Shown in pieces: positions 48,077 through 54,711 of a stretch of DNA of 64,000 nucleotides (the first letter of the stretch is position 1; every line of letters begins with the position of its first letter). Source of the DNA: a virus. Location of the stretch: the IMG/VR virus record IMGVR_UViG_3300045988_106448. One strand, given 5' to 3'. The position numbers and the translations under genes were made by a program. The notes beneath the pieces are model-generated. The model saw nothing but the letters and a program-made list of their open reading frames with translations, searched no databases and was not told the DNA's origin.

Positions 48077-48946
48077 AAACTTTTAATGACTGCCTAAGAT
48101 GTATCAAAGGTTCTTTATATTAATTTTGGTAACTTTGCATTCAAATAATAATGCTATGGGGAAATTTGATAGAGAACCAAATTGTCAATGTCCAATTTGT
48201 GGAATTAAAATGTGGGTTAAACCTTCTTCTTTAAGAAAGGCGAAACATGGGGTTTGTTGTTCTATGGAATGTTCTAGGAAATTACGTTCAAATTTTATGA
48301 CAGGTGTAGGGAATCATCAGTTTGGGTTGACAGGAAATTTGAATAGTTCCTTTAAACATAATGAGAAAATAAATTCGGCAGGTTATGTTATGGAAAATGT
48401 TCCTGGACACCCTAAAGGTGGAAAAATTCGAGAAAGGTCTAAAACAACTTATATTTTGAAACATAGATTAATTATTGAAAGAAATTGTGAAAAGTTTCCT
48501 CAAGAATTATTTGAAAATATAGGGGGTTGGATAGTTTTAAAAGATTGTTATGATGTTCACCATATAAATGAAGACAGAACTGACAATCGGTTAGAAAATC
48601 TTGAAATTTTAACTCGAGGTAAACATACTGCAATCCACAATTTAGAAAAGACAATTATAAGAGATGATACTACGGGTAGAATAATTGGTGTCTTTAAACG
48701 AGGTGAATTGCTGGGAAGTCCAGAGGTGGATAATCAGCAGCCAAGCATTAGTAGTAATACTTTTGAAGGTTCAACGACTAACAGCCGAATCCAAACAGAT
48801 AATGCTGAGGATAGTAATGCTGACACGAGTGCCTCGCCCCTATTTATAGGGTGAAGATATAGTCTGAACTTTGCAAATAACCTAAAAGTAAAGCAAAGAA
48901 ATAATAGGATAAAGAGCCTATTAGTGTAACAACTCCACATAAATTG
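48077..48946 (+). mobile_element. Group I intron-like intervening sequence of 870 nt carrying an HNH homing endonuclease ORF
   Basis: The 5' exon ends in U (gacgcT) and the insertion ends in G (aaattG). Precise joining recreates GVIDA|DYRGDV, dUTPase motif 3. The downstream exon has no ATG. Confidence 0.65.
48099..48854 (+). CDS. Intron-encoded HNH homing endonuclease (HNH_3-like), 251 aa. The true start is possibly the M at 48156.
   Basis: 'CQCPICG...CCSMEC' zinc finger and 'YDVHHINEDRTDNRLENLEILTRGKHTAIHN' HNH core. The C-terminal 70 aa may be read-through of the intron core. Confidence 0.65.
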   Translation: MYQRFFILILVTLHSNNNAMGKFDREPNCQCPICGIKMWVKPSSLRKAKHGVCCSMECSRKLRSNFMTGVGNHQFGLTGNLNSSFKHNEKINSAGYVMENVPGHPKGGKIRERSKTTYILKHRLIIERNCEKFPQELFENIGGWIVLKDCYDVHHINEDRTDNRLENLEILTRGKHTAIHNLEKTIIRDDTTGRIIGVFKRGELLGSPEVDNQQPSISSNTFEGSTTNSRIQTDNAEDSNADTSASPLFIG

Positions 48947-49141
48947 GATTACCGTGGAGACGTGGGTGTGCCTCTAATTAATTTGGGACAGGACGTTGAG
49001 AAAATTGAAGATGGCGACCGTGTGGCACAAATTGTTTTCGTGCCATTCGTGCAGGCGAATTTTCAGGTGGTAGCAACCGAAGCTGATCTTGGAGAAACTG
49101 AACGTGGTCAAGGAGGATTTGGACATACCGGGAAGAATTGA
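48947..49141 (+). CDS. dut: dUTPase exon 2 (second half of motif 3, motifs 4-5)
   Basis: 'DYRGDVGV' completes motif 3. 'RVAQIVF' is motif 4. 'RGQGGFGHTG' is motif 5. In frame with exon 1 after removal of 48077-48946. Confidence 0.75.
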   Translation, partial: DYRGDVGVPLINLGQDVEKIEDGDRVAQIVFVPFVQANFQVVATEADLGETERGQGGFGHTGKN

Positions 49142-49182
49142 TAAAGATTTTGTCCAAGATATTAAACTTTTAAGACAAAAGT

Positions 49183-49196
49183 AAGTATATTTGTAT
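49183..49196 (+). promoter_or_regulatory. Bacteroidota-type promoter -7 element, 'aagTATATTTGtat'
   Basis: TAnnTTTG match 46 nt upstream of the 49239 ATG. Third copy of the gTATATTTGt motif. Confidence 0.4.
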
Positions 49197-49238
49197 ATCG
49201 AAACATGAATTACAGTTTTAAATAAATTAAAGAAGATT

Positions 49239-49943
49239 ATGGCAAACGCATTAGCAACTAGAGTAAAATTCCGTAAGTATTCGGCAGAGCAACTTCAGAA
49301 CGTTATCAACAATGAGGAATCAAACGAAGTAGAAATTCAGGTAGCGACAGAGTTATTGGAAAAGATGGGTGGAGCACCCGCACCCAAAGAAGCCCCGGTA
49401 GCCCCCGCAAAGAAAGAGGCTCCGAAGGTAAAGAAAGCCCCGGCTCCTAAAAAGGAAGAACCGAAAGCTGAGAAAGAAGACAAGGCTGAAAAGGAGTTAC
49501 CCGCTGACAAGTCACCGGAAGCGGCTGCAAAACGTCAGAACAAAAAGACAACGGAATACGTTTCGGATGAACAATTGACTCCGGCAGAACAAGCCCGCTT
49601 AGACAAGGCTGAAAAGGAGTTTGATGAACGCCAGAAAAACCGGAAAACCCCTTCCAAGTCTGACAAAACGATGAAGGAGAAGGCTCCTAAGACTGAAAGA
49701 GCAACCAAGCGTGAAAATCTTGAGGAATCAAACGAAGTACCGGGCTTGAAGGTTGGTAGCCAAGTAACCTTGAAAGAAGGTTCCGAGGTAGGTACGATTA
49801 CCCGTGTATATCTATCTTCGGATGGTAAAGAGAAATGTATGGTGAAGTTTGGTGATGCCAAACCAATCAAGAAGCGTGTGACGGCTGTGGAACTCGCAGA
49901 AGAAGCTAAACCGAAAGCCGCCCCGAAAAAAGCTAAGAAATAG
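49239..49943 (+). CDS. Histone H1-like low-complexity K/A/P/E-rich protein, 234 aa
   Basis: 'APAPKEAPVAPAKKEAPKVKKAPAPKKEEPKAEKEDKAEKE' and a C-terminal 'KPKAAPKKAKK'. Promoter-like motif upstream. Confidence 0.5.
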   Translation: MANALATRVKFRKYSAEQLQNVINNEESNEVEIQVATELLEKMGGAPAPKEAPVAPAKKEAPKVKKAPAPKKEEPKAEKEDKAEKELPADKSPEAAAKRQNKKTTEYVSDEQLTPAEQARLDKAEKEFDERQKNRKTPSKSDKTMKEKAPKTERATKRENLEESNEVPGLKVGSQVTLKEGSEVGTITRVYLSSDGKEKCMVKFGDAKPIKKRVTAVELAEEAKPKAAPKKAKK

Positions 49944-50674
49944 TGAGCCCCACTATATATCTAGTCAAAGGTATTTCAGGAAGTGGCAAATCAACAAGGG
50001 TTTACCTATTCTTGGAATACCTTGAATCATTAGGGCTAGAATTGACACCCTTTAAATTTAAAACACTTGACGGAAAAGAAAAGGAAGTAGGAGTTTATTG
50101 TGAGGATTTGGATTTGATTTTCGTTGGGAAGTGGTACGAAAATGGCGGTGTACGCCGTTGGCAGGGGCACGACAGTATGACGGGGCGGTTATGTCATTCT
50201 GAAGGGCTTAGCTACTTCCTAAAGAGTGTTGCACAAAAGGGTCACAGTGTTGTTTTGGATGGTGCGGGTACGACGGCAACATGGCGGCTTAGACCCAAAT
50301 TCCTATTTGAGGACAACGGGTTTAAGAGTATTGTTCATATACGGTATGATTACAAGCCGGAGCAGTTGCAAGAATATTATGACCGGATCGAATACCGTTC
50401 TGGCGAGCCTCCCAAGGGGGATAGTATGTGGCGTAAAAGTAAAACCTTCCTACATGACTATCAAAAGGCTGTAGAAGAGGCTAAGATGGTTGTATCGGCA
50501 GGTTGCCACGTGTCTTTACATGATGAACCATACGATACCCCGGTTTACGATTTGGGTGTTAGAATTTTGGAGCACGTGGGTTTGGAAGACGTGCAAGATG
50601 AGTTCATCGCTTATTGTCAAAATTCAGATTATCTAATTAAAAACTCCTTTAATGAATTCCAGAAAATAAAATGA
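49943..50674 (+). CDS. P-loop nucleotide or nucleic-acid kinase, 243 aa. Candidates are a dNMP kinase or a 5-hmdU DNA kinase-like enzyme.
   Basis: Walker A 'VKGISGSGKSTRV' at residues 8-20. Apparent GTG start overlapping the upstream TAG (no in-frame ATG before the P-loop). Size matches T4 gp1-type dNMP kinases. Confidence 0.5.
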   Translation: MSPTIYLVKGISGSGKSTRVYLFLEYLESLGLELTPFKFKTLDGKEKEVGVYCEDLDLIFVGKWYENGGVRRWQGHDSMTGRLCHSEGLSYFLKSVAQKGHSVVLDGAGTTATWRLRPKFLFEDNGFKSIVHIRYDYKPEQLQEYYDRIEYRSGEPPKGDSMWRKSKTFLHDYQKAVEEAKMVVSAGCHVSLHDEPYDTPVYDLGVRILEHVGLEDVQDEFIAYCQNSDYLIKNSFNEFQKIK

Positions 50675-51459
50675 AATTTCGAGGGCGTATATATTGTATA
50701 GAATGTACTGTAAATCATAAGTGGTATATTGGTCAAACTTCTAGAAGTTTACAAGTTCGGATGAATGGGCATATCAAGTTAGCTCTGAGGGGAGGGGAAT
50801 TTGCTTTAAGTCGTGCTATACGAAAATACGGCGTTGAAAACTTTGTAATCGAGGAAATCATGTGGGTTGAGGCTCCTAATAAACATTCTCTAAAACAGAA
50901 ACTCGATTTTCTGGAACGCCATTTTATAGCCCGTTACGACACGAAACATACGGGCTATAATATGACGGAAGGAGGAGAAGGTGTATTAGGAATTCAATTT
51001 GATGAAGAGTCTAGAATAAAAATGTCTGAATCTGCTAAAAATAGATGCGATGAAAATTTTAGAAGAAGACAATCTATTGTTGCTAAACGTTTATGGCAAA
51101 AGGAATCTTTTCAAAAGTTAAGGTCAGAAGCCGCCCATTTGAATTTATTAAATAAAGAAGTTCAGAAAAAGATGGGTTTGGCTCGCCGAGGATTAAAGTT
51201 TACTGAAGAGCATAAGAAGAAAATAGGTTTAGCCGTAAGCGGGGAAAGGAATGGTATGTATGGGAAAAGCCACCCAAAAGAATTTATTGAAAAATTTACT
51301 AAGAAAGTTTATCAATATACTCCAGAGGGGGTTTTAGTGAAAGAATGGTTTTCTATTATTGATATTAAAAGAGAATTGAAAATAGGCAGAAAATGTTTAA
51401 AGAAAGCTATTGCAAATCAATTTATTTATCATGGTTATATTTGGAAATTTAAAAGATGA
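50671..51459 (+). CDS. GIY-YIG homing endonuclease, free-standing, with NUMOD-like C-terminal DNA-binding repeats
   Basis: 'GRIYCIECTVNHKWYIGQTSRSLQVRMNGH' (GIY...YIG...R...H) and 'GYNMTEGGEG'. C-terminal 'KMSESAKNR', 'KIGLAVSGERNGMYGKSH'. ATGA overlap with the upstream gene. Confidence 0.7.
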   Translation: MKFRGRIYCIECTVNHKWYIGQTSRSLQVRMNGHIKLALRGGEFALSRAIRKYGVENFVIEEIMWVEAPNKHSLKQKLDFLERHFIARYDTKHTGYNMTEGGEGVLGIQFDEESRIKMSESAKNRCDENFRRRQSIVAKRLWQKESFQKLRSEAAHLNLLNKEVQKKMGLARRGLKFTEEHKKKIGLAVSGERNGMYGKSHPKEFIEKFTKKVYQYTPEGVLVKEWFSIIDIKRELKIGRKCLKKAIANQFIYHGYIWKFKR

Positions 51460-52454
51460 AAAAGAATAAAATTATTCCAGTCCCTAACGAAAATTTTCAA
51501 TATTATTTGTATTGGATTACTAAAAGAATGGAAATTTTTTGGAACAAATACGAGGGTAAACCCGCCCCATGGACGGACGATCCTATATTACAAAAATATA
51601 AATTTTGTAATACGTACAGGTGCCTCGACAGAGTTAGTCAGTACCTGTTGAGCCACGTGATTTACAACGGTAAGGATTACGAACCGGAAGATATGTTTTA
51701 CCGCATATTGTTGTTCAAACATTTTAACAAGATAGAAACATGGGAAGCGATTGAAAAAGAATTAGGGGATATTACCCTTAATGTGGAATTAGAAGACATT
51801 GCCAAATGTCTTGATGATATGGTAAAACGAGGCATTACCATTTATGGAAGTGCTTATATTATTAATTGTTGTTTCTACCAATTACCGGAGTATTCCTACA
51901 TGAAGGGGATGTCTAAACACCGGGCACACTTTAGCGTGTTTCAACGTGAAATTTTTGACAACGGGCATATTTATGACTTCCTAGACGCACAGTCATTAGA
52001 GGAGTTGTTTTGGGTATTCCGTAAGATGAAAATATACGGGGACTTTACGGCACAACAATACGCCATTGACATGAATTACAGCCCTCTGTTTGACTTTAAC
52101 GAAAATGATTTTGTTATAACCGGACCGGGTTCAATTCGAGGAATTGAGAGGACTTTTCAGAATGCCCGTGGGTGTGATTACGTGGGTGTGATGAAATGGG
52201 TTCTTGCCCATTTTACGGAGTTGATGTATGAACAAGAAAAGGAGAAAGGTTTCACATTTCGTCCACTTCCTAATCGTATGCCCACGTTGATAGACTTGCA
52301 AAATTGCTTCTGTGAAACGGATAAATATTTGCGGGGTGCCGGGGTTGAAACAGAAGGATTAAAAGTGAAAGGCGAGCGGATTAAACACACTTACGAGGCG
52401 AACCGTAATAAAATTAAATACACGTTGCCACCTAAGTGGAATGTGAAACTTTAA
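51456..52454 (+). CDS. Hypothetical protein, 332 aa, inside the nucleotide-metabolism cluster and a candidate base-modification enzyme
   Basis: No recognisable motif. Flanked by a P-loop kinase and a GIY-YIG endonuclease upstream and a ThyA-family enzyme downstream. Confidence 0.45.
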   Translation: MKKNKIIPVPNENFQYYLYWITKRMEIFWNKYEGKPAPWTDDPILQKYKFCNTYRCLDRVSQYLLSHVIYNGKDYEPEDMFYRILLFKHFNKIETWEAIEKELGDITLNVELEDIAKCLDDMVKRGITIYGSAYIINCCFYQLPEYSYMKGMSKHRAHFSVFQREIFDNGHIYDFLDAQSLEELFWVFRKMKIYGDFTAQQYAIDMNYSPLFDFNENDFVITGPGSIRGIERTFQNARGCDYVGVMKWVLAHFTELMYEQEKEKGFTFRPLPNRMPTLIDLQNCFCETDKYLRGAGVETEGLKVKGERIKHTYEANRNKIKYTLPPKWNVKL

Positions 52455-52465
52455 TTTCAAGAACC

Positions 52466-53521
52466 ATGTTTTTACAAGCTGAAAATTTAAACGAGGCATT
52501 TATTTGCCTTTGTCAAGAACTATTTTATCACGGCGAAGACGTGACCCGGCGTGGCTTTAAATGCCGGGAAATTCCTCGAGCGGTGTTAGTGGAAATTACC
52601 AATCCAGTAGACCGTTATGTGCGTGTGCCAGAGCGCAAATGGAATAAGGTGTTGGGGTGGGTTGAATCCCTATGGATCGCTCGTGGGGATAATGCTTTAG
52701 AAATGCCTGCTGCCTATGTTAAGAACCTGAAGAATTTCAGTGATGACGGCATACACATGAGAGCCGGGTACGGTCCGAGATTCAGACATTATGGGGATAA
52801 CGGGGAATTTAAACCATTGTTTAATCTTCCTATTTCAACAGGATTTCCCGTTGACCAACTTAGATTTGTCATTGAAAAATTTAAGGAGGACATTGACACA
52901 CGGGAAGCGGTGGTTACTATTCATGACCCTGTAATGGACGATTTCGGTCCCGTAGATAACAGTGGGGTGGCTCCTGTTTTACGAACAAAGGACACTCCAT
53001 GCACCCGGTCAATTCATTTCATGATTGTGAACGGTGCGATGAATTGCTACGTTGACATTCGGAGTAATGATGTTGTATGGGGCTTTAGTGCCGTGAACGT
53101 GTTTAACTTTACGTTAATGCAGGAATACGTCGCCGCTCTGGTAGGCGTGCCCGTGGGTAAGTATTACCACAAGGCTGATAACTTGCACGTGTATGAAAAC
53201 TTCTTACCGTTGGTGGAGGAGATTGCCAAGAAGTACACGGGTAACGAATACCCTTCTGGAACCCGGTTCGCTTACAAACCCTCCTACAAAACTCTTCAAG
53301 AGTTTGATGCTTACATAGGTAAACTCAGCACCTTCGAAGAATTGTGTAGAGGGAAGAAAGTTCCGGCAGAAGAATTGGAAGTGATACTTAGAACCTTTAC
53401 CGATGACTTATTTAACGATTGGGCTAAAGTGTTCTTCACCTACTGGACTAAACACCCGGTAGAGTTTACCAATCCGTTGTTAAACGAAATATTTTGTTTT
53501 GATGAATTACGAGAAAATTGA
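52466..53521 (+). CDS. Thymidylate synthase-family enzyme, either ThyA or a dUMP hydroxymethylase-type pyrimidine C5-transferase
   Basis: 'PCTRSIHFMIVNGAMNCYVDIRSNDVVWGFSAVNVFNF' aligns to ThyA 'PCHAFFQFYV...[23 protein letters not shown]', with the catalytic Cys in PC(T/H) and the uracil-specifying Asn conserved. Longer and more divergent than canonical ThyA. The ORF-track start is a GTG; the ATG is at 52466. Confidence 0.6.
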   Translation: MFLQAENLNEAFICLCQELFYHGEDVTRRGFKCREIPRAVLVEITNPVDRYVRVPERKWNKVLGWVESLWIARGDNALEMPAAYVKNLKNFSDDGIHMRAGYGPRFRHYGDNGEFKPLFNLPISTGFPVDQLRFVIEKFKEDIDTREAVVTIHDPVMDDFGPVDNSGVAPVLRTKDTPCTRSIHFMIVNGAMNCYVDIRSNDVVWGFSAVNVFNFTLMQEYVAALVGVPVGKYYHKADNLHVYENFLPLVEEIAKKYTGNEYPSGTRFAYKPSYKTLQEFDAYIGKLSTFEELCRGKKVPAEELEVILRTFTDDLFNDWAKVFFTYWTKHPVEFTNPLLNEIFCFDELREN

Positions 53522-54041
53522 CATCCTATTAGGGATGAAGGATATCCAAAGGCTACCAAATACCCCCCACCACCGGGGGTATAACCTTTTGGAACATGGT
53601 TTGGTAGTTGGAATGTTATTCCGGTGGTTCGCTTCAGAAGAGAACGTGGCGTACGACATTAACGTGTTTGACAAGGTTCTCCTACATGATTTCGTTGAAA
53701 GCGTCACGGGGGATTTAAACGCTTGTGTTAAGAAGTTTAACGATAAGACAGCCAAGGCGTGGGACATTATTGAATTTGAAATATGCCACGGCAACCCGGT
53801 ACTCGCCCCCTATTCTGATCAGGAAATAAAGAAAGCCATGACGGATCAGCAATATCGTCTATTTAAAATGTGCGATTATCTTGATTTGTGGATTTTCTGC
53901 CGGAACGAAATGGCGTTGGGAAACCGAGCGCAAAAGTTGGTTAAATGTTTGTCTAACTGCGAAAAGCTATTGGCTCACTATTCTCATGAATGGGCTGAGT
54001 TTAAAAGCATCGCTAAATTCATGAAACAATATGAAGGGTAA
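53502..54041 (+). CDS. HD-domain phosphohydrolase, YfbR-like 5'-deoxynucleotidase family
   Basis: 'HHRGYNLLEHGLVVG' plus 'LLHDFVESVTGDLN' gives the H..H...HD...E..GD metal-binding signature. The ATG at 53502 overlaps the upstream gene end. Confidence 0.55.
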   Translation: MNYEKIDILLGMKDIQRLPNTPHHRGYNLLEHGLVVGMLFRWFASEENVAYDINVFDKVLLHDFVESVTGDLNACVKKFNDKTAKAWDIIEFEICHGNPVLAPYSDQEIKKAMTDQQYRLFKMCDYLDLWIFCRNEMALGNRAQKLVKCLSNCEKLLAHYSHEWAEFKSIAKFMKQYEG

Positions 54042-54711
54042 AGTTATTGGGTTGGTAGGTGTAATTGGTAGTGGAAAAAGCTATACTTTAAAACGTCTTA
54101 AAGAGGAGGCTTCCAACACCTCCAGATTATTTATAGAAGGTGACTTTAGTGAAGGTATTCGTCAATTTATCATGAACATTTACGTGGGTAATGACGTGCC
54201 GATAGATGTGAATGGTGGAGCGTATGCCAAATGGAAGGCACATCCTAATGAAATTGCGTTACCCGTGTTTAGAGATGATGCCGGGAATTTATCATGCGGT
54301 ACGATTACCGGGCGCAAACTACTTCAACGGGTTGGAGAGTACATGAAGGCGATGGCAGGTAATGACGTTTGGGCTAAGTGGACGAAGACAGACGTTATGC
54401 GGGCATATAACAAGGCTTGTCTGATTTACCCCACGGCTAAGATTGAAGAAATGACAATTACTTTCGGGTCGGTGCGTTTCTTATGTGAAGCCCAAGTGGT
54501 TTTTGACGTGGCAACCCTTACCGATAAAGAACCCGTGATTATCTTTTGCAACCACAAGTCAGATTCCTACGAGTTGAATGATCACGTTAGTGAAGCATTT
54601 GCTCGGCACTTTGTTGATTTGGGTTACAAGGACGGTCAAGACATTACCGCCGAGGTACGTAGATTATTATTAAATTCAGAAAAGGATGAAAGATTTTCTA
54701 GCATATCTTGA
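54031..54711 (+). CDS. Second P-loop kinase, 226 aa, dNMP-kinase or DNA-kinase-like
   Basis: Walker A 'LVGVIGSGKSYTLKRL' at the N-terminus. Overlaps the HD gene end and the polymerase gene start. Confidence 0.5.
   Translation: MKGKVIGLVGVIGSGKSYTLKRLKEEASNTSRLFIEGDFSEGIRQFIMNIYVGNDVPIDVNGGAYAKWKAHPNEIALPVFRDDAGNLSCGTITGRKLLQRVGEYMKAMAGNDVWAKWTKTDVMRAYNKACLIYPTAKIEEMTITFGSVRFLCEAQVVFDVATLTDKEPVIIFCNHKSDSYELNDHVSEAFARHFVDLGYKDGQDITAEVRRLLLNSEKDERFSSIS

Noticed and set aside
47822-49141. Alternative reading: two independently translated dUTPase fragments split by a free-standing HNH gene (like the mobE-split nrdA in Aeh1)
   Set aside because: Exon 2 lacks an ATG (only a TTG two codons upstream of DYRGDV). 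Exon 1 terminates 7 codons into the insert. The junctions follow the U / terminal-G rule of group I introns and regenerate the motif exactly. A split-protein arrangement remains a fallback if no splicing is found.
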